Shown one piece after another: positions 36,419 to 49,750 of a DNA stretch of 64,000 nt (position 1 is its first letter; the number at the start of each line of letters is the position of its first letter). Position numbers and translations under genes: made by a program. The stretch is taken from NCBI GenBank assembly GCA_004431415.1, contig QPMI01000039.1:434001-498000 (forward strand). Reading direction: 5' to 3'. This DNA is from Cyanophora paradoxa CCMP329. Taxonomy: Eukaryota > Plantae > Glaucophyta. The notes beneath the pieces are model-generated. The model did not search any database. It saw only the letters and a program-made list of their open reading frames with translations, and was not told where the DNA came from.

Positions 36419-39128
36419 ATGGAGGAGCGCTGCGTTTCGATGCCTGAAGGTCTGCGAACGGTTGCGAAGCATCAGCACCGGCGAGATTGCTGATTTTGAC
36501 GCGCAGGCGTCTACGAGCGGCTCAGGGAGTACGCGCAGAGCGGCGGCGAGCGGACGCTCGCGGACGCGGTCGCAGCGCTGCTGGACTCGGATGCTGGCAT
36601 AGCGCCCGCGTCGTCGTCCTCAGACGGCAGCGCCACCCGCAAGCGCAAGAGGCATCCGGATACGGCGGTCGCGGCCGTTCTCGAGCACCACGAACAGCTG
36701 TCAATTCTCCCTCTGCCGGAGCAGCTGCCGGACGTGATTCTCTCGGAGATTCTCGAGCACCTTGGCCTGCAGGCCGCCGCCGCCGCGCGTGCCGTGTGCC
36801 GCCGCTGGCGCGACGCGGTCGAGGCGATCCGCTGGCGCCGGCTCGACGTCAAGCTGCCCTCCGGGCGCGCAGACCAGCTGGCGGGCCTTGCGGTCGGCGC
36901 TCAAGCCCTAGGCCTGGACTTGAGCCGGCTGGATTACGTTGCGCGTGCAGACGTCTTCTGGCAGCTCGCGGCTCCTGACCGCGGCCGCGTGGGCGGCTCC
37001 CGCGTGGGCGGGCGGTGGATCCGCGTCGCCTCGGGCGCGTCGCTGCGCCTGGATGTCACGCCCGCCGTGGAGGATGCATATGGCTGCAGCAAAGCGTGGC
37101 GGTCCACTCTCTCCCTCCTCACGGCGTTCTCGGCCACGGCCGGCGCGGCGAGCGGCGCCAGCGCCGGCGGCCTGGGCGAGGTCGAAGTGGACTGCTCGTG
37201 CGCCCCAAGTGGATGCCTCGCGGAACTCCTCAAAGCCCTCGCGCCGCCAGGCGCTGCTGCGTACCCCGCTCTCCGGCGACTCGCGCTGCGGGAAGGCCAT
37301 CCCTCCGACCGCGAACGCCACTCTATCTCTCTCGGGGTCGGGCCCGACTTCCCTCCTTTGGTCTTCCCGAACCTCGACAGCCTCTCCTGCGACATTTGCT
37401 GCTGCTCCCCTGGCCTGCCCCCCGCGGAGGCCCTTGCCCTGTGCCTCCCGAACCTCAAGCGGGTGCGCAGCCCCCCGGCCCCCTTCCCGCCCCCTTCTTC
37501 CCCCCCCACCCCCCCCCCCACCCCCCGCACCTCCCTCCCCTAACGTACCCCCTCCCCTTATCCCGCCCCTCCCCTACGTGTACCCCTCCCCACCCTCCGA
37601 TTGCAAGCGACTCGAACTCACTGTGGGCCGCAGCTGGAAGTGAGGCTCGAAGGCGAGTATTCGGAGGAGGGCGTCGTGTTCAGCGGGCAGCCTGCAGCTG
37701 TCATCGGCAGGGCCGCAGCCGCCTTCCCCTCGCTCCAGGTCTTCAAAGCGACGGATCCGGCAGAGGGAGTTGGCGCCGCTCCGGATGAGACGGAGGTCAA
37801 CGTCGTGCCCCTCATCGAGACCCTAGCCTCCGGCCCGGCCGCCCTCTCGCTTAAGGAGTGCGTGTACGGATTCGTCCTCGCTGCCCGCACCCTGCACCGC
37901 GCGCCCGCTGACCGCGCCGAGCTCAGGATTGTACTGGACTGGTCGAACGGCGCATTGTCGATCGGGCTCCATCCGCCGGTCCTGCGCGCCCTCGGACGCT
38001 TCCCAGCCCTCGAGCGCTTCGACGGAATCCCCGCCTTCAAGGTCTGCGTCTTGATCTCGCGCCCGCTCGCTCCCCCCGACTCACGCACCGCAGGTCCCCT
38101 CGGACCTGTGCGAGGACGATCTGGCGGCGCTCGGGTCTCTCCCATCGCTCAAGGGCCTGGGGATGCTGCACTTCTACGAGGACGGCTTCCACCTTGCCGC
38201 GCAGTTGAACGGCCTCGCAGCCGCGCTCGAGCGCTCCTCCTCGCTGGCCGATCTCCAGCTGGTCATTTGTGCGTCCTGCTCCTTAGCTCAAGCGTTCCCC
38301 GCTCCGGCCTTCAAATCTTAACGCGCACAACGTTAATGCGACAGGGGAGACGCCGCCTCAGGAGGCGATCCCGGCGCTCGCGCGACTGATCGTGAAGGCC
38401 ACTGCTCGAGGGCGCTTCACTCTGCTGGTTTGCTGGGATCCGCATCCGGCCGCGGGCGAGGATGTGCTCGCTGCGCTGGGCTCCTGCCCTGCCCTCACGA
38501 GCCTGGGCCGGCTGAGCCTGTACCACGAAGACGGCCTCGCGATTGCCGGCCACTTGAACAACCTTGCGGAGGCCTTCGAGCGCTCCCGCTCGCTCGCCAG
38601 CCTCGATCTGGAATTCGGTGCGTCCCTTAAGCTGCGGTTTATGCGTCTCCTTCTCCGTTCTTAAGATGAGATCTGACGGGTGCGACGCGGCACGGCAGTA
38701 TCTTATCTGCCGAAGGAGGCGCTCCCGGCGCTGGCGCGGCTGGCCGGCGCGGCCCGCGGGGGCCTCTCCCTCCAACTGCGGGTCGAAGTCACGCCCGAGT
38801 GCCCCGGGCACGCGGAGGTCCCTTCGGCGCTGGCGGCCGCCCCGCCCCGCCGCCTCGCCCTCAACGTCTACGTGAGGAACGTGAGTGAGGAGAACGCCGT
38901 CGCCAGGCTGGGCGGCCTCTCCGCCTTCGCCGGCTGCTCCACAGGGGACATCAAGGTCCGTCCGCTTTCGCCCCGGCGCCGGGCGTGGCTTCGGCGTCGA
39001 GGTCCGCTTTCACTCAAGGGCGCCCGCAGGTCCGCCTGGACGCGGCCGAGAGCGTGTGGGACGCCGCGCGGGCGGCTGTGGCCCGGGCCCTCCCCGTGGC
39101 CCGCGTCGTGAGGTGGGCGGCGGACTGA
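36419..39128 (+). CDS. F-box protein with degenerate LRR-like repeats
   Basis: F-box LPDVILSEILEHLGLQAAAAARAVCRRWRDAV, and FPxLxxL / CPALTSL repeats. The C-terminal module is internally duplicated (38090-38270 vs 38450-38620). Confidence 0.75.
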
Positions 39129-39437
39129 GGCCCCCGATGTGCTACAAGTCGCCAGCTGCGGCCTGCAGCTGATGCTTGAGCTTCGGGCGAATACGTACCC
39201 CACCGAACCGTTTCAATTAGAGCGCGCGGGTGGTCGTTGGGAGAGAAGGAAAGAGGCAGTAGAGGCCTAGGAGAGCCTCGGAGGCCCTGATCAGCGTCAG
39301 CTTGCAGACCCCGGCTTTAAAGCTTTAATTTGCTCTTCAACCACTTCGAATTCAGCCGATTTCGAGAGATAGTACCAAAAATAATACGACAAAAAGAAAT
39401 AACAGGCGGGGTCACAAAGAAATAACAGCCGCCGAAG

Positions 39438-42400
39438 TCAGCGGCGGAGGGGCGGGGCGGGCCCCCCCAGGAGGGCGGGCGTCTGGGAGCGGCCCGGGAC
39501 CCAGTCCCGCGTGCGCTGCAGGACGCGCTGGCGCTCCTCCCGCCGCGCCCGCTCCGCCGCCTCCAGGCTCTCCAGGAAGAGGGGCGAGCCCGCGGAGGAG
39601 GCGCCGCCGCCCGCGAGCCTTCGCGGCCCCGGCGAGGGCGCCCGGCCCCCGTCCTCCCCGTCCTCCTCCTCCTCGTCCCAGGCGGGGGGTACGCCCCACG
39701 AGCCGACGGCGAGGAGGCCCGGGGAGACTGTACCCGCCCCGAAGAAGCGCGCAAGGCCGCCGCCGCCGCCGCCGCCGCCGCTCCCGAGGGGTACCGAGGC
39801 CGAGAGAGCCGTACCCGTGCGCGAGAGCGGCTCGTACCCCCAGGCGCCGAGGGGCCCCTCCTCGTCCAGCGGCTCGGGCGAGGCGGCGTACGGCGACGGG
39901 GCCGTTAGGGGGGAGAAGCGCTCGGGGGGTACGGAGGCGGCGCGGCGCATGCCGCCGCTGCTCGGGGCGGCCTCGGGGCCGGCGGGGGGCAGGGCGGCGT
40001 GGGAGCGGCGGCGGGGGTCCGCGGGGGGCCCGCCCGGCGCAAGAGCGCGCCGGCGGCGGGGCGGGGCCGGTGGCGGGAGCCGCGGAGGGCGCCGGGGCCG
40101 CGCGGGGAGGAGGGCGGGGAGGAGCGCGCCGTCGAGCCGACTGAGAGGGACAGGGAGGCGGAGAAGAAGGAGGGGGCACCCGAACCCACCGAGAGGTCCC
40201 CGGGGTTGGGGCCGGGGCCCTCCCGGGGCCGCCCCCGGCCCGCCGCGGGAGGGGGGGAGGAAGCCGCCGCCCCGGCCGGCCGCGGCCCCGCGGTGGAGGG
40301 GGGGCGCGGGGCGGGGGGGTAGGCCCGCCGGAGGAGGCGGCCGTGCGGGCGGTGGACTCGGAGGGGAGGGCGGCGTGGAGGGGTACGTACTCGCGGCGCG
40401 GGGGCGGCGCGGGCGGGGGGCGGGGCGCCGTGTCCCAGTGCTCGGGGAACGGCCAGGCGGGGGGTACGGTCGGCGGCGACCGCGCCTCGATGCGCTCGTG
40501 GACCGTCGCCACGCCGCGTTGCTGCGGGAGCGGGGCGCGTTCAGGGGGGGCACACCTGCAACGCGAAAGGAACAGCGGGGTACCCGGGATCCGAGGGTGC
40601 GGGGGTCGTGCACGGGCATCCACTCCTGGACGATCGTGCCCTCCTCGAGGGGGAAGGGGTACATGTCGCGCGTGGGCGGGGGCACCCGCGGGCGGCGGGG
40701 CCGGCGGCGCCGGCGCTCTGCGCGGCGGCGCTCGGCGGGGGTCATGGACGAGAGGTCCTCCTCCTCCTCCTCCTCCTCCTCCTCCGCGGGGGCCGGCGGC
40801 TCGGGCTCGGGGGCCGGGGCCGGGGCCGGCTCGGGCTCCGGGGGCGGCTCGAGCTCGGCCTCCGGGGTCGGCCGCCGCTGCTTCAGGATCGACTTCTTGG
40901 GCGCCGGCGGGGACGTGGGGGTCCCGGGCGAGGGCTCGTGGTGCCGGAGGGCCCCCGAGCGCGCGAAGCTCTCGGAGCGGGCGAACGTTCCCCCGACGAG
41001 CGAGCCGGCGCGCCGCAGCGAGGCGTGCGAGCGCGAGCTCCGCGCCGTCTCCGCGCCGCCCTCGCGCGCCTCGAGCGCCGCGTCCCCCGCGAGGTCGTGC
41101 CTGCGGGGCGTCCAGAGCAGGCGCGCCGAGTGCTGCCCGCCCGTCCGCGAGCTCCGCGCCGTCGAGGGGGCCGAGAGCGTCCCCATCCCGCCGGCCCCGC
41201 CGGCCTCGCCCTCCGAGCTGGAGGCCGGGCCGCCCTCGGGCGGGGGGCGGAGGGGGCCCCCCGGGAAGAACCGCGCGCTCCGGCGGCCGACGGTCTCCAG
41301 CGGGAGCGGGGGCATCTCCCCGGCTCGTCCCCGCCTCCGCCTCGACGATCTCCGCAGTCGCAGGGCGCCGCGGCTCGCCGGGGCCCGGGCGCGTGGCGGG
41401 GCGCGAGGCGGGGCGCGAGACGGGCCGCGAGGCGGGGCGCCCGAAGGGCCCGGCGTAGGTCAGGACGGTGAAGCCGCCGGCGGGCGGCGGCTGGGAGCCG
41501 GGGCGTGCGCCGGCCCGCGAGGGCGGCGAGGCGCCGCGGGAGGCCTCCGAGGGCGACGAGGAGGGCGGGCCGTGGCGGACGAAGGAGCCCGGCGGGGGCG
41601 AGAACTCCCCGAGCAGTCCGGCAAAGGCAGGGAAGGAGCCCGGGCCAGGGGCCTCGGCGGGGGCCGTCCCGGCGCGCCCGTCCGACGCCTCCCAGGGCCC
41701 CAGCAGGAACGAGACGGACTGGGGGGAGCTCCGCGGCAGCTCGAGCGAGGGGGCGGAGACGGGGTACCCCTCCGCCGGGGCGCTCGCTCCGCGGCTCAGG
41801 GCGGCGAGGGCGGCCGCGAGCTCCGAGGCGGGGGGGCCGGGGCCGGCGCTGGCGCGCGCCGCGTTGAGGGGGCGGGGCCCGGGCCGGCGTTGAGCGGGGC
41901 GGGGCCCGGGCCGTGGGGCGGGGAGGCGTCTCTGAAGGAGCGAGGGGCGCGGAAGGAGACGGGGCGCGAGGGGGCCCGCGAGCGGCTCGTCGGCGACCCC
42001 CGCGACGACTCCTGCGCCCCCGCCTCAGCGGAGGGGAAGGGGGGGGAAGGGAAGGGGGGTACGGCGCACCGCGGCGAGCGGGGGCCCGCCCTCGGGGGCG
42101 AAGACGTCCCCCAGCAGGGCCGTCGAGGTCGCCAGGGGGGTAAGGTTCGCGAACTTCTTCGTGCTGCCGTAAGCCCCGGGGGGCGTCAGGGTGGTGAGGA
42201 GGGGTACACAGAGACGGGCCGACCTGGAGGCGAGCGGGGAGCGGGCCCAGTCGCCGGCGCGGGGCGAGCCGAGGGGGAGCGCGAGGTCCGGGCACCCTCG
42301 GGACCGGCCGCCGCCTCGCCCGCCGCCGCCGCCGCGGCCGCCGCCTCGCGGGCGAGTATCGCCTGCCTCTCCACGAGCGTGAGGCGCGCCTGCGACAAGG

Positions 42401-42719
42401 GCCGCGCCATCGCCGGGACCGACGCCGGCGGGGGCGGCGGGGCGGAGGTGGAGGGGAGGGGCAGGGGGCTCGGCGGGGGGCGGGGGCGGCTCCGGGGCGC
42501 CCTCGTTGAGCGCGAGGGTCAGGGCCCGCAGCGCCGGCGCCGACGCCGGCGGCGCCACCGCAGGCGCCGGGGGCCGCTTGGCCGGAGAGGCGCCAGCCGC
42601 GCCCGCGCCCGCGCCGGTGGACGGGAGGCGCCCGCGGCCGCGGCCAGCGGCGGCCACGGCGGTGGTCGCCGCTCCCTCGCCGCCCTCCCCGCGGACGGGG
42701 CTCGCGGCCGAGGCGCGCC

Positions 42720-42752
<33 letters not shown>

Positions 42753-44855
42753 GCGGCGCGGGCGGCGGGGCCGGCTTCTCCCTGGGCGCCCGGCCCCGTG
42801 GCCCCTGCGCGCCCGCGCCCGCGCCGGCCTTCTTCTCCTTCGCCTCGGCGGCCTCCTCCCGCGCCTGGCCAGCCCCGCCCGTCATTCAAGCGGTCCAAGA
42901 ATTCGCAGAAAGAGAGAGAGAAGCGCACCGGACGGCGCGGCGGGGAGCGCTTCTTCTTGCCGGCCGCGGGGGACCTCGCGGCAGCAGCCGCCGCCGCCGC
43001 CGGCGGCTCGGGCTCGGGCTCGGGCTCCGGCTCGGGCCCCGGCGAAGCGGCCTCAGGCTTCGTCGCCTCTGCCTCGGACTCGGCCTGCAGGTCCAGGGGG
43101 CGGGCGGGGCGGGCGGAGGGGGCGGCGCCGGCGGCGGCGGGGTCGGCGGGGCCGCCGCCGCCGGCGCGGGGGCCGCATCCGGGGCCGCCGCCCGCTGGCT
43201 CTTGGCCGGCCGCAGGACGTTCTCGCGGCGGCGGATGCCCCCCGCCGCCTTCCCGCCGGCCCCCGCCCCGCCCTCCTCGCCCTCGCCGCCCCCGCGCCCG
43301 CCTCCGCCTCGCCCTCGTGCATCAGCGCCCTGCGCCCGCCCGCCCGCCTCAGACGCGACCCCGGCTCGGGCTCAGGTGAGCGGCCGGCTCAGGCTCGCCT
43401 CAGGTGAGCGTCCATGAGCTCGGCCATGCGGCGCCTGCGCTCCTCCTCGCTGTCGCCGGGCGCCCCCGTGCGCTCCGCCTGCCGCGCCGCCTGCCCCTCC
43501 GCGTCCTCCCGCGCCATACGGTCCCGCTCCGCCGCCTCCCGCGCCCGCTGCTCGGCCCGCAGCCGCCGCCCCTCCGCCAGCCGCGCCGCCCGCCGCCGCT
43601 TGCGGGCCCCGACCCGGCCCTCGCCCGTCGGCCGCAGCCGGCACGTCCCCGACTCGGGCCCGCCCTCCTCCCCGCTCGCCAGCCGCCGCAGCTCGAACAG
43701 CTCCAGCTCCTGCGGGGGCGCAGCCCCTCAGGAAGGGCGGGGGGTACGGCGCCCAAGAGCTATTTTTGGAGGGGCGGACCGCCTCGTTCTCCTCGAGGAG
43801 GCGGAGCAGGTCCCAGAGCGTCGGGTCGGACTCGCGGAGGCCGATCAGCGCCCGCGCCCGCGCCGCCGCCGCCTCCGGGTCCTCCTCCTCGTCCTCCGCC
43901 GAGCGCCGGCGGGAGCGGCCCCGCTTGCTCGCCTGGCGGTACCGCTCGGGGGGGTACAGCTGCGCCGCCTCCTCCCGCGCGGCGCGCTCGCGGCGCTCCC
44001 GCAGCATCGCGTCGACGGCCGACTTGACGGTGCAGAGCAGCCGCACGTGCCACCAGCGCTCCGTCTGCCCCGCGCGCGCGCGCCTCAGCAGAGGGCGGGC
44101 GGGCGGGCGGGCGGGCGGGCGGGCGGGCGGGCGGGCGGGCGGGCGGGGGCGATCTAAGGGGCAGGGCCGCCGCGCACCGCGGAGATTGGGTCCCCGGGCT
44201 TGCGCGCGTGCGGACCCGAGATGCTGCGCGGGAACCGCTCGGCCGCGGGCGGCGCTCGGGGCCGGAGAGGGGCGGCGAAGGCGCACCTGAAGGGGTTGGA
44301 CTTGACGCCGCGCTGCACGCGGAACCAGAGGAGGCGGTCACGTTTCTCCTCCACGCAGGCCCTCCGCTCCGCGGCTGCAGGCGCAGCGCGTCAGCAGCGC
44401 AAGCAGCAGACAGCGAACGCGGACGGGGGCGCGCACCCTCGAGCCGCTGAAGGTCCCTGTGAAAATCATCGCCTAGCGAAAACAGGGAGTCCGCAATGCC
44501 GAAAACGGGACTCTGAGCCCGCTCAGCTTCGGCCTTCTCCTTGGCGGCGCGCTGCGCGTCGAGCAGAGAAGCGATTTGCTCGGTCCGCTCTGCAAAGCGC
44601 CGGGTCCCCTTCCTGGCCTTGCGCTTTGAGGGGCTCCTGAACTCTGCGGGGTGCTTCGCTGCCTCGGCATCCTCGAGGTTCTTAGCGGCGAGCAGGAGCG
44701 CGAGCATCGCAGCTGTCTGGAGCGCCGCTGGCCGTCACTCCGGCTCAGATGGGGGTTCTCCTAACTAAGCCGCCGTTGGCATGAGCCGCTGGCTGGCGCG
44801 TCGCTCCGACTCAGACCGCGGTCCTGCAATCCAAGCTGCCGTTGACATGATCCAT
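39438..44855 (-). CDS. Large hypothetical low-complexity / coiled-coil protein
   Basis: Series of GT/GC-AG-bounded exons on the minus strand (e.g. WHVRLLCTVKSAVDAMLRERRER; MYPFPLEEGTIVQEWMPVHDP). No family recognised; start approximate. Confidence 0.55.
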
Positions 44856-45072
44856 CGCCGTGTACGCATGCGCGGACCCACGCAGCGCGCCGCGGCCTCC
44901 CGCCGGCGCCAGTGGGCCAAGCGACGAAGTTGGACGCGCCGAGGTTTGCCTGTACCCCAGATCATCGCTGCAAAGCGGCTGCTTCTCGTCTTCGCCGCAC
45001 TTGCAGCCTCATTTCTTTCAGAACAGACGGAAGCCGCAACACAACCAGCACGTCCCAGCCGTAACGCGCCAG

Positions 45073-46532
45073 ATGGTGGCCGCCGAGGCCGGCGGTGCAC
45101 CGTCGGCCGCTCGAAAGCGCTGGTCCATCCTGCGGGGCGCACTCCTTCGCGAGGCTGGCAGCGCGGGCGGGGGCGCCGAGGCGGATGACGTCTCCGTGCG
45201 GCGGCACGCGGGATTCGGGCTCATCCCGCGCTCGCCGGCTGCGAGCGACGGGCCGAAGGACCCGCAGTTCGAGCACATCGCTTACGAGCTCCCCGGAGGC
45301 CGGCGCCTGCTGCTGCGGTGCTCTCCAGCCCGGCATACGTCGCACGCTGTCGACGTGCCGCTGAGCTCCGAGCGCTTGCGCAGGCAGCGGGTCGCGGCCT
45401 CGCCGCAGAACTTTGCGGCTACCCTCAACGACTTCCGCGTCTCGGCGCAGAGCGGCGTCGACAACACGGGCAACGTCTGTGAGTGCACGCTAGCGCTCAT
45501 CTCCAATCCGCCGTCTTCGACCGCCGACGCACCGCACGCAGGCCTCTGGCCCGCGGAGGAGGTGCTCGCGTACTACATCGTTTCGAACCCCGCACTGTTC
45601 CGGCGCGCGCTCTCTTCGCCCTCCCGCCCCCCGGCCCGCGACGCCAGGCGCGCGCCCCTGACTCCGGATTCGAACGCGCAGCGACACGCGCGTGTGCGAA
45701 CTCGGCGCCGGAGTCGGCCTCGCGTCGTTCGCGCTGGCGGCTGCGGCGAGTCCGGCGCGGGCGTGCGCGACCGACGGCAACCCGCTCGTGGTGGAAAGTG
45801 CGCGCCGCCCTCTTGCAGGCCCGCCCTCCTAGCTTTGAACGAAAGCCGACGCCCCTGGTGCGCGCAGACCTGGCGCACAACGCGGCGGCGTGCGGGGCCG
45901 ATCTACCTCGGCCCCTCGAGGCCCGCTGCCTCCCCTGGCAGGACCCCGTACCCCCCGACATGCGCGGCGCCTTCGACTGGGTCCTGGCCGCCGACTGGCG
46001 TGCCCTGGCCTCCTACCCCCCGCCCGGTCTTCCCCTTCGCCTAATTTGCCGTACCCCCACAGCTGCTTCTTTGAGCAGTACCACGACGGGCTACTCGAGA
46101 CCGTCTGGAACCTCCTGGCGCCCTGTACCCCCCCTCCCCACTCCAGCGACGACCCCGACGAGACACCCGTCCACTACGTCGTACCCCGGGTCCGCGGCTT
46201 CTCTGTGCCCCTAGCGACCAGCCGCCGGCATCTGATTTCGCCTCAGCCGCCAGCGGCGCTTTTCGTCGCGCCGCGCCGGGGCCGCACGCTGGAGAACTTC
46301 GTGCGGCGGGCCTCGGAGCGCGGGTTCGACACCGAGCTGGTCCGCGCGCCTCGCCGCGGGCCTGGGCCCGCCCCGCGCCTTATCCAAACGCCGGCAGCGG
46401 GAGGAGTACGACGGGGAGGTGTGGCGGAGGCACGAGGCGGAGCTGCGGGCCGGGGGCGGCCGCTACGACCCGGGACTCCACTACCCGCTCCTCCTCGTCC
46501 TCACCCCCCGCCGCTTCGCCGCCACCCTTTGA
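45073..46532 (+). CDS. CAMKMT: Calmodulin-lysine N-methyltransferase
   Basis: ARKRWSILRGALL, SVRRHAGFGLI, DNTGNVCLWPAEEVLAYY, VCELGAGVGL, TDGN, FDWVLAAD, FVAPRRGRTL, YDPGLHYPLL. Confidence 0.9.
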
Positions 46533-46953
46533 TTTCTGTCCTCTCATTGCCGCTTCGCCAATGCTCGTGTGCGTTCCGCTTTTAATGCTCGTTTACTGTT
46601 AGATTCAAGAATCCAGCCTTTATTCAAAAGCCATGAGCATTCAAAAAGCGGAGCGCACTTTTAAGCATCGCTTTTTTAATGCTCGCTTTCGAAAGCGATG
46701 CCACCAGGCTTGCAAAATCCCCGTGCATGCGCACGAGTCTCCGCAGCACTTTCATTTCTGTCGACGTCCTCTTCCGCTCGTTTTGTGCTCGTTTACTGTT
46801 CATTCAACAATTCAGCTTCGCTTTCAAAATCAAAAGCGTTGCCTTCAGGCCTGCTAAAACATTTCCTCGCTATTCATGCCATGAAAATTGAGGGACTGGC
46901 GGGAGGTCATATCCTGTCGACATTAAGTCGATCGATCTAGCTATAGAATTTAT

Positions 46954-49156
46954 TTAAATTATGCGGACAGTGTTGCCCTCGAGGCGGCAGCCCGTGCAGT
47001 CGGGCGCGACGTTTACTGCGTCCTCCAGCATGCTGCTCGAGACGGCGCCCTTGCCGCCGTCTCGCACAACGATCCCGAACTTCTGGTCATGGATCCTGCA
47101 GGAGACGGGCGGTTCACGACGGGGTCTGCGCCCTCTTCGATCACGATGTCTGAGAGCGCGTTGCCGTAGACGTCGTTCGCCTCCGCGACGCCCTTCGCCA
47201 AAGTGTGGAAGAGGATGCCCGCCTGGCCGCAGTCGTGCACCGTGTTCCCTGCGCAGCACGGAATCGGTCAAACGAAGGGGCCGGGGGCGGGGCGGGGCGC
47301 CCACCGCGCAGCGTCGGGGTCGTCCCCTCGTCGCGGGCTTCGATGCCGTTGAGGCCGGCGCTGGAGACGTCGCAGCCCTCCACGACCGCCCGGCTCCCGC
47401 CCGTGATCCACACCGCACAGCTCTTCGGCGCCGTGCACCGGATCGTGATGCCCTTGACGGTCGGCGCCGCGGGGCCCGTGCATTTCAGCGTAGAGCCCTG
47501 GTCCCACTTGAGGACGGCCTCCCGCGGCCCGACGATGTGCACGTCCTTGTCCAGCGTCACCTGCTCGTTGTACCTGGCCCCAGCAGCCAATACTCAAGCT
47601 ACGGACGGCAGGGAAACAAAAGCATTCAGAAGCGCACCGGCCGGGGGCGAGGAAGATTGTCTGGCCAGGCTTGGCAGCCCGCACGGCATCCATGATCATG
47701 GTCGACGTCCCCGCTTTCGCGTATATGTCGAAGTTTCCAAGCAAAGCGGCCTGCGAGCGAACATAGGCATATTTGAGCAGCATTGAAGCGGAGGATGCCG
47801 AGAAGAAGACGCGTCAGAATTTAAGCAACATTAAGCATCATTTATTTTAAGATTTGAATTTGACGCGCCTTCTTCTCGGCGTCCTCCGCCCGCTTCCGCT
47901 GCGCCGCCGCCTCGCGCTCTGCAGCCTCGAGGCGAGTCTGATCACAAAAAATCAAGGCCTGTATCATCAGCGCACGCCGTCTCGTCGTAGTGGAGAATTC
48001 AGGCGCACGGCGAAGACGCTACGCTCTGTCTCCATTGCCCGTTCCGAAGTGGTTGCGCGCTCCGATGCAGCCGAAGCCTGCGAAATCTAACTTCTGCATG
48101 CGCAGAAATCCGATACGAAACAGTGCAGAAATCCGATACGAACCTTGGCTTCGGCGTCCTGGGACCGGCGCTGCTGCATGGCTGCCTCTGCCCCCGCAGC
48201 AGCCAGACGCCCCTGCGCGAAATTTAACGCGAAATTCAAGTTTGGTGAGATCCGTTCGTGATCCAATGACCATATACAGCAATATCGATCCGATGCATTA
48301 CGTAATATGACTAATTTGAGTTCGATCATGCAAAGCACTGAAGTGCACGCACCGCGAGGTCGCGACGCTCGGCATCCGCGATGGCGGCCTGGTCCTCGGC
48401 CGCAGCTGCACGCTCAGAGGCAGATGTGGCCTGCATTTAATTTGCGCATTTCGGAATCAGCTCGCCGAGTCGAGAAAAGCGGAAGGCGTAAATCTATACT
48501 AGTGCATAGTATTCGCACCGACTTCGCCGCCTCCTCTGCGGATTTCTCGGCCTGCGCGGTCGGTTTCAGTTTTCCGAAGCGGCGATAAGGCTCGAAAATA
48601 TCAAACTCGAATTTTCTTCCATGGCGTGGCACATGCACATAACGCGAGCGATTGCGCGGGTTTCGCAGCTCTAGCCAGAATCGCACCGCCTTGGCCTTTT
48701 CCTCGGCGGCGGTGACGAGCTCAGAAGTCATCGCGGCCCGCGCGGCGGCCTGATACACGTAAGAGCGACATCGATCGACATCGAAAATCGCACCGCCATC
48801 ACGTCCTGCGCGACGGCCCCAACGCTCTTGCACTGCAGGGTAAGCGCAGCACGCGCGATAGCGTCGAACAAGAACCGAAATCAGCGGACCGCATTGATCG
48901 CGGCAAGGATCGCATCGATATCGCGATCGGTGTCCTGGAGAACTCGAGTTGAGGCCTGCGAAAATGGCTCAACGCGCGCACAAACTCCGCGGCGCGAAAT
49001 TTGAAATCGCGACAAGCACCTGACGTGCGGGACTAGAGCCCTCCGGATCCGCTGTACCTGCGCGCGCAAGTCGTCGTCGTCGCTCGCGATCGCAAGCTTA
49101 ATTTTATAAGCTGAGAATACACTCACCGACGCTGAAGGCCAGGCGCTTCTCGACAT
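46954..49156 (-). pseudogene. Coiled-coil + right-handed beta-helix (PbH1, FBXO11-like repeats) paralog 1, probably damaged
   Basis: NTVHDCGQAGILF...NDVYGN repeats. It lacks one repeat unit and the last splice donor (about 47115) that its paralogs have. Start approximate. Confidence 0.6.
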
Positions 49157-49750
49157 CGGAAAGCTGATCACGAACGAGAACCATTTTCGAGGCGCCCGGC
49201 GGCCCCGCGAAATCTTTAATTTCGAAACGAAGGAAATGAGAGGCGATCGAAGGATAGATAAAGAAAAAGAATCCTCAGAGTTCACAAGGAAAATGGAGGG
49301 AAATACAAGAGCAGAGAGAAAATGGAGGGAAATACAATGGAGTTCACAAGTTCAGAGTAAGAGCAGAGAAAATACAAGGGGGCCAGAAATAGCAGAGGAA
49401 ATACAAGGGGGCCAGATATAAGACGAGAGGGGAAGAGGGAATTCAAATTTGAAAGGGAGACTCTGAGCTCGAGAGCAAGGGGCCATGCTGAGCTCGAGAG
49501 CAAGGGGCTCGAGATATATATATATATAGGCGACCAAAATGGGCAAGCTGAAGGCGGACTTCGGAAGGGCCCGGGGGGCAGGGCCGAGAGGCCCCGGAAT
49601 ATCGGCAGTGCACGAGATTGCAATTGCAAAATTGCGAGCGTCAGCTACATGCTATAGCTACATGCACGGGATTGCAACATGCTACATGCGCGATCGACCG
49701 AAGTCGGCGTCCGAAAAGGGCCGGGCTCGTTCTCTGTATCTAAATTCAAT

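Noticed and set aside
39511-43407. 1298-aa plus-strand ORF and many other long Arg/Pro/Gly/Ala-rich ORFs in the track
   Set aside because: These are shadow frames of very GC-rich DNA. Splice signals and sensible peptides are on the opposite strand or in other frames.
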